In this document: positions 1 through 11,819 of the stretch, piece after piece
Position numbering within the stretch: position 1 is the stretch's first letter
Layout: every line of letters begins with the position of its first letter
Assembly (NCBI GenBank): GCA_964016885.1
Contig: OZ024741.1
Span: 75,578,001-75,642,000 of the forward strand
Source: Eledone cirrhosa
Lineage: Eukaryota
Direction: 5' to 3'
DNA length: 64,000 nt
Translations under genes and position numbers: made by a program
Notes under the pieces: model-generated
Database searches by the model: none
What the model was told of the DNA's origin: nothing
Seen by the model: only the letters and a program-made list of their open reading frames with translations

Positions 1-205
1 TGGAGTTTATGCTTACTCTTTTTCTCAGTCACCTGGCCGAGGCCACCAGCCACTGTTTTCACTACTATACCCACTCTGTATCTTACCATGTATAGAGTAC
101 TTCTTAGATTTGTGGTCTTCCCGGTCCCAGTGTTGCAAACTATCAATATTTCACCATCATTATCATCATCATCATCATTGTTTATCACCTATTTTCAATA
201 TGTAT

Positions 206-270
<65 letters not shown>

Positions 271-275
<5 letters not shown>

Positions 276-1153
276 AAAATTAAGATAAATCAAAGTGAAT
301 TTAATCTAAATCAAAATTATGGGTGTCATGCCAGAAAGGCATGCGCCATATCACCCGTAAAATAAGCTCCAAGATTCTAATGAATAGGTCCAAGCGTTTT
401 ATAACAACTAGAAATTGATTAACAGATAAATAAACATATGAAACAATAACAGGGGATAATTTTTACAAGTGTGTAAGCACACATAGCTAGGTAGGTAACT
501 AAATAAAGTGCTTACACACTTGTAAAAATTATCCCTGTGATTGTTTCATATTTTTATTTATATGTTAATCAATTTCTAGTTGTTATAAAATGCTCAGACC
601 TATTCATTAGAATCTTGGAGCTTATTTTACGGGTGATATGGTGCATGCCTTTCTGGCATGACACCCATAATTTTGATTTAGATTAAATTCACTTTGATTT
701 ATCTTAATTTTGGATATAGATATATAAATACGGCTCCTTAATTGTAGAGCTAACTCTGTTGAAAGGATTTGACTGCTGTTTCTAGTTGTCGATAACCCTA
801 TTCACGCCACTGGGACGAAGCTGGTATGATGTGTGTATTTTTAGTAGATACAGCACGTGTTACTGGCCAGTCGCTGATTTGAACTTAATGCGTAAACACA
901 GATGGCTGGACTTCTTCCTTGTTGAAAATCCAAGTATCGGCCTCCGTGGTTTACCATTCGATTAATTGGTGAAATATATTTCTTTAATGGAATATATACA
1001 GGGAAGATTAATCATATTATAAGGTATCTATTTTTGAAGTTCTAGTTAACTTTATTTAGTTACCTACCTAGCTATGTGTGCTTACACACTTGTAAAAATT
1101 ATCCCCTGTGATAGTTTCATATGTTTATTTATATGTTAATCAATTTCTAGTTG

Positions 1154-1155
<2 letters not shown>
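271..1155. repeat. Inverted plus partial-tandem repeat (~570-bp unit) between (TA)n tracts; pLTR/retrozyme-like
   Basis: 271-479 is the reverse complement of 509-718; 509-585 recurs directly at 1079-1155; (TA)n on both flanks; no ORF. Confidence 0.6.
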
Positions 1156-1214
<59 letters not shown>

Positions 1215-1232
1215 CATATATACATACATACA

Positions 1233-1840
1233 TGGTGGCTGCCAACTCGTTTTCGAGTACGGCCACTACTTTATATCCATGTAGGAGAACGCCTACCGAT
1301 GCGCTGAACGAGTGTGACTTTATAGTCCAGCCAGCGTATTGAAAACTCTGGTACAAACACTACACTTGTGACAATTATTGACACATAGTGCTGGGCCCAT
1401 GGTACCATGTGAGGACAAGTGCAGAGAGATCTCCAGATATAAAGCAATGCCTGTGCCGTGAAGCTTTTATAGTGAGCAAAGGCACTGCACAAAGCCAGTC
1501 CCACTCTCTTAACCAAGATGATATTTACCAAAAAGAAGAACAAGTCAACATCATTGGATACCATCAGGGTTGCAGGTGTTATATCAGAGTTTTCCTTCTC
1601 CTAGAATTCTGCCTTGACAAAGGCTAAGGGGTCATCTTTCCCGGTGATTTTGGATGGCCATTGACTCTTAAGAGCTCCTTTGCCCTTTGACAGGTTTTGT
1701 TCTTAGTCCTGCAGGATGTCCAAAGTCACCCTCCTCACCAAGAAACCTTGGTGGGGTTGCCAGTTTAGTCGCCAACGTCCCGACCATGAGACAGGTTGTA
1801 CTGGGATACATGTTACCAGTAGCACCAACTGGTGACCTGA
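1233..1840 (-). mobile_element. Internally deleted RTE-like non-autonomous element
   Basis: Minus strand ends in CSVCTRVFNTLAGL*SHTRSAHR* (RTE-type C-terminal C2H2), then a CTCG-AAAA-CGAG hairpin and (TATG)n; 5' part has AGGAGAAGGAAAACTCTGA, resembling RTE 5' UTRs; (TACA)n both sides. Confidence 0.5.
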
Positions 1841-1850
1841 CATACATACA

Positions 1851-1886
<36 letters not shown>

Positions 1887-2016
1887 TATACATACATATA
1901 TATGTATATATATTCTAAGGCTCTAAGGCGGGTAAAATTCCCGAGATCCATGGACGAGTTCTCTCCAGCAGTCTCTGTTCCTCATTATCGTTGCGATAAT
2001 GTATATATATATACAT

Positions 2017-2053
<37 letters not shown>

Positions 2054-2069
2054 CATACATACACATATA

Positions 2070-2118
<49 letters not shown>

Positions 2119-2589
2119 CGTTTCTGAATTTGTTTAGCAAGATTCTTTATCTGAAAACGTGTGCTGAAACCGATATTGTTATACTTTGGGAGGGTCATGT
2201 TGCCAATAAGAAACACATGCACCAGTTGCTTTCACTCCAATTTATTATAAATTAAATTTATAAATTTCCGGTTGGTTGGTTGATTCCACAACCGGACGGT
2301 TGTTCATATATTGTCAAAGTTCTTTCGTCACACATTCTGTCACCTCTTCAGTGACTGGGGATTCTTTTCTTTGTTTTTTTTGTGCCTCTCCTTTGTTCTG
2401 TCCTACGCCATCTTGTTTTTGTGTGTGCTGTGTGCTTAGTTTGCGCATGTGTTACATCCGGGTGTCTGTGTGTGTTTATATTTGTTTATTTATTTGTTTA
2501 TTTGTTTATTTGTTTATTTGTTTATTTGTTTATTTACATGTTACTGGTTGGTTGTTTGTTCTATGTGTGTGTGTGTTTTCATTTTGTCC

Positions 2590-3123
2590 TTAATTGTAAG
2601 TTGTGATGTTGCTATTCCATTCATGTTTTCTATTTAATTTTGGTTGGAGTTCATTTATGTTTATTGCCTCTGTGATTTGTCTAAACATTGCGTCTTTTCT
2701 GTGTGTAGATTCTATTTTTATTTCTATGTTCTCTAATTTACCCTTATGTTCTATTTTAACATGTTGGTGGAGTACAGATGATTCTTTTCTATCTTGAAAC
2801 TCTCGCCAGTGTTCATTTATCTGTTCTCCTATACTATGAGCCGTCTCACCTATGTACACTATATTCTTATCTCTACATTGTCCTTCAGTACATCTTATGC
2901 TATATACTACATTTCTAGTTTTACAGTTAATATGGGGGCTTAGTTTACAGATTATACATTTCTTATATATACAGGGAGGTCGTTGAAAAGGGTATGTATT
3001 GCTAATAAGTGTTTTTATGGAGGTACCTGGTCTTTCTACTATCTTAATATTGAGTTTATGTTTATTTAGGGCCCTTCTAAATTTGTAAGCTAATTCACCT
3101 CTAGGGGTTGTATTGATGAACAT
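2590..3123 (-). CDS. Penelope GIY-YIG endonuclease domain (C-terminal part of a disrupted ORF)
   Basis: CIIC..NCKTRNVVYSIRC..YIGETAHSIGEQINEH..RQITEAINI..PKLN. Confidence 0.88.
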   Translation of the reverse strand: MFINTTPRGELAYKFRRALNKHKLNIKIVERPGTSIKTLISNTYPFQRPPCIYKKCIICKLSPHINCKTRNVVYSIRCTEGQCRDKNIVYIGETAHSIGEQINEHWREFQDRKESSVLHQHVKIEHKGKLENIEIKIESTHRKDAMFRQITEAININELQPKLNRKHEWNSNITTYN

Positions 3124-3335
3124 TACACTCTGGTATTTATTGCTATCTTATTCCTAGTTCTTTCTATTCTATTCCAAAATTTGCTCCTATACAAGGGGCA
3201 GGTCTCATTTGTATCATTATTTACCGTTTTTTCCCATTTGGTTCTGGCTCCTCTATATACTCTGATTTTATCTCTCTGATTGTAACCAGAGAACTGCATA
3301 TGGTGGATGAAGTGTTGTATGTGTCTCTCTAGTTC

Positions 3336-4000
3336 TTAGGGGTTGCACATGCGGGACACATTTCTCATCACCCGTACCAAATCCGCAATCAGTATGTTGA
3401 TTTTGGTGTGGTCCGAAACAGCTGAGCTTTGGTGGATCAGATATTTGGAAGTCATGGGTTTAGCATAATGGGAATGGAGGATTTGTTTTTTGTTATTAAT
3501 GGTTTCTAACCAGAGCTCTGTGTCTAGTACAGGTAATCGATAGTTGGGGTGTTTGCTTGGGTAGTCTATATTAACTCTAATACTCTGGTGGATGGAGTTA
3601 ACTATTTGCTGGATGCTTTCCATGGTGTTTTTCTCTAATTCCTAACTGTTCTCTAGTGGGGGTGTTTTTACTATGATGTTTATATCATCAACATAGCGGG
3701 AGTACATTATCAGGGTTAAGAGGTTGCTGTCTTCTAATTGTTCTTTAAGTTTAAGTTTAAGTCTATTGTCCCACCATACCATGAATAGGTTAGCTATGTC
3801 ACCTGAAATACTAACACCAATGGCTGCTCCCTCCTCTTGGGCATATGTTTTTCCATTAAATTTGAACATATGTTCCTTAAGGCTTAATTTTATACTGGCC
3901 CACACCGCATGTGCAATCATTTTCTTTAGTTCATTGTGGTTTTCGGGGGGTCCGTATGGCTCTGGTCCACCCGTTCTATCTATCTGTGTGGGTTTTCTTG
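3336..4000 (-). pseudogene. Penelope reverse transcriptase core, interrupted
   Basis: FKFNGKTYAQEEGAAIGVSISGDIANLFM..YSRYVDD, stop, then LPVLDTEL..HYAKP. Confidence 0.88.
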
Positions 4001-5406
4001 GCCATTGAAGTAAACATAAACATAAACTCAATATTAAGATAGTAGAAAGACCAGGTACCTCCATAAAAACACCTATTAGCAATACATACCCTTTCAAAGA
4101 CCTCCCTGTATAGATAAAAAATGTATAATCTGTAAACTAAGCCAGCCCCCATATTAACTGTAAAACTAGAAATGTAGTATATAGCATAAGATGTACTGAA
4201 GGACAATGTAGAGATAAGAATATAGTGTACATAGGTGAGACAGCTCATAGTATAGGAGAACGGATAAATGAACACTGGCGAGAGCTTCAAGATAGAAAAG
4301 AATCATCTGTACTCCACCAACATGCTAAAATAGAACATAAGGGTAAATTAGAGAACATAGAAATAAAAATAGAATCTACACACAGAAAAGACGCAATGTT
4401 TAGACAAATCACAGAGGCAATAAACATAAATGAACTCTAACCAAAATTAAATAGAAAACATGAATGGAATAGCAATATCACAACTTACAAGTAAGGACAA
4501 AATGAAAACGCACACACACATAGAACAAACAACCAACCAGTAACATGTAAATAAACAAATAAATAAACAAATATAAACACACACAGACACCCGTATGTAA
4601 CACATGCGCAAACTGAGCACACAACACACACAAAAACAAGATAGCGTAGGACAGAACAAAGGAGAGGCACAAAAAAAACAAAGAAAAGAATCCCCAGTCA
4701 CTGAAGAGGTGACAGAATGTGTGACGAAAGAACTTTGAAAATATATGAACAACCGTCCGGTTGTGGAACCAACCAACTAACCGGAAATTTATAAATTCTA
4801 AACTTATAATAAATTGGAGTGAAAGCAACTGGTGCATGTGTTTCTTATTTGCAACATGACCCTCCCAAAGCATAACAATATATATATATAGAGAGAGATA
4901 TAGATATGAATGAAAATAGAGCAAGAAACGGGACTGTCCATCATCAGTGATCTGCTGATTATCATTGGTATTTCTTCGCATTAAAAATCAGATACTTCAC
5001 AATCAGTGTGAGCAATAACTAAAATAAGTTATTGGGACAGAGCGAATTGGATGGAGAAAGAGGGACAAACAACATAGTAGTAATGCAACATAAAGAGAGG
5101 AAAAGAGAGTCAATCAATGATACATGTGAACTTAAGTTCTAACAAATCAATCGACGAGAAGAGGCAGACGCGTCCGAACCATGCGAAATGTGAGCGAGAA
5201 AGGATTTCACACAGGTCAGACGGGAGGAAGTGAGAGGGAGGAAGTAGCAGAGAGTGAGTGAGTGAAAGTGTGAGGAAGCAGCCAGCCGAGAGAGTGTGTG
5301 ACCAGTAGAGGGGGTGAATGAAAGCAAGAGGTACAAGGAGAGAGAAGGGGGAGAGAGAAAGAGGATAGCAGTAAGGTGATAGAAATGTATATATATATAT
5401 ATATAT

Positions 5407-5580
5407 CATCATCATCATCATCATCGTTTAACGTCCATCTTCCATGCTAGCATGAGTTAGACGGTTTTTTTCCATTTGATGCGGGAATAGTCGGGAGACC
5501 GTGTCTCGCTCGGGCGGAAGAGTCTCTGGCAGGTTTTTACAGCTGGATGCCCTTCCTAACACCAACCACATTTACAGTGT
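5407..5580 (-). mobile_element. RTE LINE 3'-end fragment with (GAT)n tail; similar at ~17478-17670(-), 20372-20780(+), 25150-25350(+), 28525-28705(+), 31060-31330(-), 34010-34390(-), 35355-35600(-)
   Basis: Shared GGTTGGTGTTAGGAAGGGCATCCAGCTGTA..CCATGC..GACGTTAAACG(ATG)n, the same as the 3' UTR after the RTE ORF ends at 19.8 and 62.5 kb. Confidence 0.75.
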
Positions 5581-5761
5581 TTATATATACATACATACAT
5601 ATACACAAACATATATAAGAATATGTCCATACATATATATTTGACATTGCTTATTTATATATTTTATGAACTCTCTAATGGTGTGAAATGAGTGGCTTTA
5701 AATATCAAATTCCTCAAGTCAATGCTTAGATTATGATATATATAAACATCTATATATTAAT

Positions 5762-5946
5762 AATTGTTTCTACTTTTGGCACAAGGCCAGCAATTATATC
5801 AGTGTATTACTGGTACTTTATTTTATCGACCCCATAAGGATGAAAGGCAAAGCTAACCTCGGCGGGATTTGAACTCAGACCATAAAGGGCTGTAACTCTA
5901 TGCTGCAAAGCATGGCATCCGACCCTCTACTGATACTGCCAATCCA
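5762..5946 (-). mobile_element. tRNA-derived SINE, family A
   Basis: Matches family A consensus (B box GAGTTCAAATCC, core GCCTTTCATCCTTA..GGGGTCGATAAAATAAAGTACCAG, AGAAACAATT end). Confidence 0.85.
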
Positions 5947-6090
5947 TCTATATATTAATAATGGAGCCTTAGTAAGGTTATTGACTATTTTTATTCATCC
6001 CTTATAATGTTTTCACTCATCCTTGTAGAAACATGTTACTAGAATAAAATGTCTTAAAAATTTCATCTTGATTATTCATCCTTTATCCAT

Positions 6091-6549
6091 TACCATATTC
6101 TTCTGTGTATTGTGTACACTCATGTATAATGCACACCCCATTTTGACCAGAAAAATGTCTAGAAAAATCTAGTGTTGGTGTATAATGTGCGGGAGAAACA
6201 GGGAAAATCTGCCACTGGACATTCAAGCTAGAGAACATTGGTGAATGCAGAGATATATGTATAATGTGTTATTTTCCAATATAAAGATAATTAGCTAGTT
6301 AATTAAATTTTTGACAGCTGTGACATGTGAAACTAATGGATAAGAGATTTATGTTCACTCCTTGTATAATGATACTTTTGATCATTTGGTAATTATTATT
6401 GATAGAGTTTCCTGTCTTCTGCTGGCTGTTTTCTCAAGAACACATCAGAAAAAAAGCTGGAAACATTTAGTTATGGTGTATACTGCCCACCCCCAAAACA
6501 AACAAGAAAACAGTGAAAAAAAACTGCATGGTATACTTGGAGTAATACA

Positions 6550-6552
<3 letters not shown>
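6091..6552. mobile_element. Tc1/pogo-type MITE, degenerate
   Basis: Ends TACCATATTC.. and ..GTAATACAGTA form imperfect TIRs; internal TGTATAATG repeats. Confidence 0.5.
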
Positions 6553-6583
<31 letters not shown>

Positions 6584-6978
6584 TAATAAAAACAATGAAT
6601 AAAAACAAAGAAACAGTTCCTTATATTAAAAAATTCATCATTTTACGATCGTTTCTAGGATATATATGTGTGTTGGTATGTATATCGTATATTTTGATAG
6701 ATTTATCTATATATATAAGGTATATATTGAGTTAGAAACTCAAAATAGTCTCTTACAATTAAATAGCTCAAGGAAAGAGATTTTTCTGAGCCGTGTACTA
6801 TAACTGAATATAAAAGAGAGATATAAACACAGATATATACATATAAGTGTTCAAATCGTAAGGGACCTGATTTGCTAGGGTGAAAAAAATACTAACTATA
6901 AACAATAGGGTTTGCCAGACTCAATTTAAAAGAATAAATCAAGAAAATAAATACAAACTGATATGAGGTAACTACCAG

Positions 6979-7058
6979 ACACCCAGACAGCTTTTGGTGA
7001 AACTGTTTCGCAATTTAAGTGAAGAGAATTACCAAGTCTTTTGCTCATCAGTGGGTGT
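6979..7058 (-). ncRNA. Type I hammerhead ribozyme with full stem III
   Basis: ACACCCA-CTGATGA-GCAA..TTGC-GAAA-CAGTTT(CACCAA)AAGCTG-TC-TGGGTGT: all three stems pair; GUC cleavage triplet. Confidence 0.85.
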
Positions 7059-7334
7059 AAAATTAGTAAGCTCTTCACTTCTATGTATCTCAGAAGAGAA
7101 GACTTGTAAGTATCTCCTTAAGCTATTTAATTGTAAGAGACTATTTTGAGTTTCTAACTCAATGTATATCTTTGATATATTTGGCTCCTTCAATTTGTTG
7201 AGCTAATTTAAATGTCGAGTAAACTTGGCTGCTATTTTCAGTAGTATACGTTTATGAGACACACAACGTTATTTTATATACGCACACTATTCAGTCTTCT
7301 GAGAAACTTAGAAGTGAAGAGTTTACTAATTTTT

Positions 7335-7412
7335 CACCCACTGATGAGCAAAAGAATTGGTAATTCTCTTCACTCAAATTGCGAAACAATTTCACCAAAA
7401 GCTGTCTGGGTG
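7335..7412 (+). ncRNA. Type I hammerhead ribozyme, inverted sister copy
   Basis: CACCCA-CTGATGA-GCAA..TTGC-GAAA-CAATTT..AAGCTG-TC-TGGGTG; one stem III mismatch. Confidence 0.8.
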
Positions 7413-7582
7413 TCTGGTAGTCACCCATATCGGTTTAAACTGGACTAAAACTTTTTTTATCGAACTTGAGGGGATGAATAGCAAAGTTAACCATGATGGG
7501 ATTTGAACTCAGAGTACAGAGAGTCAGAACAAATATTGCAAAGTATTCTATCCAACAATATAATGACTCTGTTAATTTGCCA

Positions 7583-7668
<86 letters not shown>
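7583..7668. repeat. (CA)n microsatellite
   Basis: Direct reading. Other large tracts: (TACA)n/(GATA)n 13441-13580, (GT)n 21390-21478, (CAT)n-rich 35067-35360, many (TA)n. Confidence 0.95.
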
Positions 7669-7673
<5 letters not shown>

Positions 7674-8189
7674 GTGTGTATATATATATATAAATATATA
7701 TGTGTATGTGTATTTGAATTTCGTATTAATAAAGAAATACGGTATGTTTATAAATAAACATTTAGAAAGCCATAGCTATGCAAAATCACTGGCAGCTAAT
7801 GCTATCTAGCGGTGTCCAGCAGAAGCAAGGGAACAATCGCCAATGCATTTCAAACTCGACTGGTTCTCGTCATATATTTGTATATATATACAAATTTAAA
7901 TGATATATGAAAAGGTCTCTTTCATATATCTAGTTGAGAAACAACTAATATCATGTATATACATATAATGATAAATAATAGATGTACTCACTCATAAAAA
8001 GAATCAAACCAAGATTGTCTAAAGTCCACTTACACAGCCATTTCATGATACATCCCAGAATATGATGCCTATAACCAATCTAATGATTGGGCTCAATCAT
8101 CAATAATCGATCTTAGTAACAAGCATCATCAAGACCAGAGAACATCATTCAACAGTAAGTGTTTAAGGTCTTACTATATATATATCTCC

Positions 8190-9095
8190 CTCTGTACATT
8201 ATGAATGTGTCCAGAGAGGTGCAGTACTCTCTTGGATGGTAACAGGAAGTACAATACTCATAATAAAATATAGAAGTAAGGGGAACTCTGTGGAAAACTG
8301 CTGTCATATAGCATGCCTGAACATAATACGGAAGGTACTTACTGGTATATTTGTGAAGAAGGCATATAGTTTTCTTTAACAGAAAGGAATATTAACAAGA
8401 GAATAAAAACTATGTAGAGGAAGATCTCAGGGTACTAAAGATAACCTGGTAATCGATAAGACAGTTTTGAGGCATTGTAAAAAATAACATACCAACATCT
8501 CTATGGCCTGGATTGATTTTAAGACGACATATGATATGGTGCCTCATTTTTGGATTATTGAATGCCTACAGATATTTAGTATTGCTGACATCAAAAATTT
8601 TCTTCTCAATGGTGTGCTAGTGTGGAAGACCAAGTTGTACTTAAGTAATGTATTCCTTGGAGAAGCAGAAATTAGAAGGGGTATCTTCCAAGGTGATCAT
8701 TTTCACCATTACTATTTGTCATTGCACATATACCTATAATACTGACACTTAGAAAAATTAAATGAATTACCAATGTGGTAAGAAATGATCATTAATAAAC
8801 CACCTTCTGTTTATGGATGTCTTGAAATTGTTTGGCAAGTCCAAAAATCAGATAAATTATTTAGTTAAAACAGCCCAAATATGTAGCAGTGACATCAGTA
8901 TGGAATTTGGGATCTCCAAATGCTCTGTGCTCAATATGAAAAGAGGAAAAAAAGCAGCATGTAATAGTTTAAGGCTGCTATTATGAGTAACCATAGGGGA
9001 ACTAGAAGACAGTGGACACGAGTATTTGCAGATTTTTAGAACTGGATGACATTTTACGTGCAGAAATGAAAGAAAAGGTTAAAGAGACATATGTA
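8190..9095 (+). pseudogene. Degenerate R4/Dong-clade RT segment
   Basis: [31 protein letters not shown]-like motif; many stops and frameshifts. Confidence 0.85.
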
Positions 9096-10400
9096 TCCCT
9101 TCTGGACCAGGAACTTTCTCATTTAGTACCTTGGCCACTTGATCCTTCACATCAACTGTGCTTATGGTAATGTCTCTCCGTCTATTTCCTTATCAGAACA
9201 CTCTATTTTGATGGTTTCTATCCACTTTGCATCCATTCTATGCATCACATTGTTTCTCCATATCCCATTCCAGAACTTTTTGACCTTCTTAGCATTAGGA
9301 ACAGCATTCTTCTCGGTGTCTCCCTCCAAAGTGCAGAAGAATTGTTTGGGATTATTTTAGAACAATCTATTCTCCTTGAACGGCTTATTTCTATTCATAT
9401 TTCTTATCTTCTGGCATTTTGACAAAATCCTGTTTTAATTTTTCCATTACAGTATAGAATCCATTCTTCCATATTTTATACTTCTTGTTTAATGTCTCTC
9501 GATTGGCCTTTTTTCCATTTTTCCATTTTCCTCTAAACCATTGCTCAGTTTTACTTAGAACTTACCATAATCGCATTATGTGACTTTCGATGCATCATTT
9601 CCACCATGGTTCTTTTGCCTTACTCTCCTTTGTTTTCATCAGTTGTAATTTTTCCTAGACAAATAGTGCAATAGTTCGGATAAGGTTACTTGTTTGTGTT
9701 ATGTCCTCTGTCTTGATATGTTGTATGACAACATTTATCTTTTTTGTATTTTCATTCATCATACTCTTATCTACCCTTCTCATATTCATCAGGGTTTTTT
9801 TCTTCAGAAGCATTCATCAAATCAATAAGCTGTCTTTGTAATGCAAGCATTTCATTATCTGATAGACTCCCTCCTCTAATATAACCTTCCACAGCAGTAC
9901 TACAGTTTAATCTATAACCCTCCTTTTCAGTAGTCAACAGTTTCATCATAATTTCCCTGTTCCTGTTGTCTATTTTTCTCTCTGACTTCAACTGTAGAAA
10001 CAACTTCAGTTTCTACTCTAACTTCGCAGGTTCCCTTAAACATTATCTAATCCGAGATATTTCTATCTCAGTTAACCAACCCTTTCTGCTAATCACCTTC
10101 CCTTGATTCATTAGTTTACTTTCTGACATCGACAACATGTCCTTTTCCATTCAAAAGTCTGAAGTACATCACCCTGCTCCATGGCTCCCCTCCAATTTTG
10201 CTCTTTTGTGATATTCAATCAGTGTTACATACTCTTCCTTCATCCATTTGTATCTAGGTATGTACACATTATTTTGAGTGATCTGTTGCTTGGTAACAAC
10301 CGTCCGAGGCCAGATCACTTCCCCTGTTAAAAAGGGCCCCAAACATGCCAGGCAAGAGACTTTCCCCGTAATTGATTGCAGCTTCATTCACATCATTAAT
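9096..10400 (-). pseudogene. Degenerate R4/Dong N-terminal region, opposite orientation to adjacent RT
   Basis: KWMKEEYVTLIEYH N-terminal motif; ends at EKVPGPEG (SPGPDG motif). Confidence 0.6.
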
Positions 10401-10543
10401 TTTTTCATTATTGTTTTGCATCATGGTTCTATAACAGTGGTTTGTGGCTTTTCCTTCCCACAAGAATTTTTATTAAGATACCATCTCTATATAATCTGTC
10501 TTGCCAGGCTAAAAAGTAGCTTTGTTATAACTATTATTGTAAT

Positions 10544-10740
10544 GGGGGGTGGATTAGCAGTATCAGTAGAGGGTCGGACGCCATGATTTGCAGCATAGAG
10601 TTACGGCCTTTTACAGTCTGCGTTCAAATCCCACCGAGGTTAAATTTGCCTTTCATCCTTACAGGGTCGATAAAATAAAGTACCAGTCATGCACTGGTAC
10701 CAAAATTGCTGGCCTTGTGCCTATATAAGAAACCATTATT
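10544..10740 (+). mobile_element. SINE family A
   Basis: Head GGATTAGCAGTATCAG, B box GTTCAAATCC, core, ATT tail. Confidence 0.85.
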
Positions 10741-11607
10741 AGTGTTAAAAGAATTATCATTATCATCATTACCATTATTATTATTGTTTTTATTTACATG
10801 TTTCCCATGCTCTGTATATGTTGTTGTTACTGTTGCTTTTGTTGTTGCTTTTTTTACTACTGTCATTGTCATCCATGTTGTTACTGCCATGTTGTTACTG
10901 CCATGGAAATCAATGTTGTTTTTGTTGTTATTGTTTCTTTTTGATGTAGTAGTGGAAGTGGCATTCGAGTTGTTGTTACTTGACTAATCATCGCTAGTAG
11001 TAGCAGTGACAGTTTCTTAACATGCTTTATTTTGTTTCAGTGCTAGAGTAGCAGGGGTGGTGGTGGAGTAGTGGGTGGTGTTGTTGTTGTTGTTTTTGTG
11101 TTTTATCTCAGTTAAGTTTTATAGACATAACAATAGGGTATTTCTGTTGTGTTTGTTTTTGTCTGCATTGTGTTCTGTAGCCATAAGGCTTATTTCAACA
11201 TGTTGTTATCAAGCATCTAGTACACAAGTTAACATCTGACTACTACTTCCTCCTCAAAATTCAAACTGGTTGTGTTTTCCAGGCAGTTAGAAGATAAAGT
11301 TTGGAACGACCCTCAAGAGTCTGTTCTGTGGGGAAAATATATGTGGCTTTTACAGTACTTGCCTGGTCCCTTACAGAAACCACTAATGTTATTTTTGGCT
11401 GATCGCAGTTGGTGTAAATATGCAAAATTGGACAAAAACTTACCCCCAAATGAAACAGCGCTCATTGGCTTTGCCTTTCCTCTTTACTGGGTTGATAAAA
11501 TAAAACACCAGTAATGCACTGGGGTCAATTTAATCAACTTTCCCCTCCTCTAAAATTGTCGGCCTTGTGCCTAAAGTAGAAATCATTATCATTATTATTA
11601 TTATTAT

Positions 11608-11800
11608 AAGGGTGGTGGATTGGCAGTATCGGTAAAGGGTCGAACGCCATGCTTTGCAGCACAGTTACCTCCCTTTACGGACTGAGTTCAAATCTCGCCA
11701 CGGTTAACTTTGCCTTTCATCCTTACGGGGTCGATAAAATAAAGTACCAGTAATGTACTGGGTAATTGCTGGCCTTGTGCCAAAAGTAGAAACAATTATT
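11608..11800 (+). mobile_element. SINE family A, full length, between (ATT)n tracts
   Basis: A box TGGCAGTATCGG, B box GAGTTCAAATC, core, 3' GCCAAAAGTAGAAACAATTATT. Confidence 0.9.
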
Positions 11801-11819
11801 ATTATTATTATTATTGTTA

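Larger units (their letters stand above)
2114..4880 (-). mobile_element. Penelope-like element, 5'-truncated, with ~0.9-kb inverted copy of its 3' end
   Basis: RT (GAAIGVSIS, SRYVDD, LPVLDT) at 3336-~4000; GIY-YIG at 2590-3123; 4011-4880 is an inverted copy of ~2175-3070; TA flanks. Confidence 0.92.

Noticed and set aside
88-2255. [18 protein letters not shown], poly-I and poly-M ORFs here and throughout
   Set aside because: Translations of stop-free microsatellites.
11608-11710. tRNA gene
   Set aside because: A and B boxes belong to a SINE head; no full cloverleaf.
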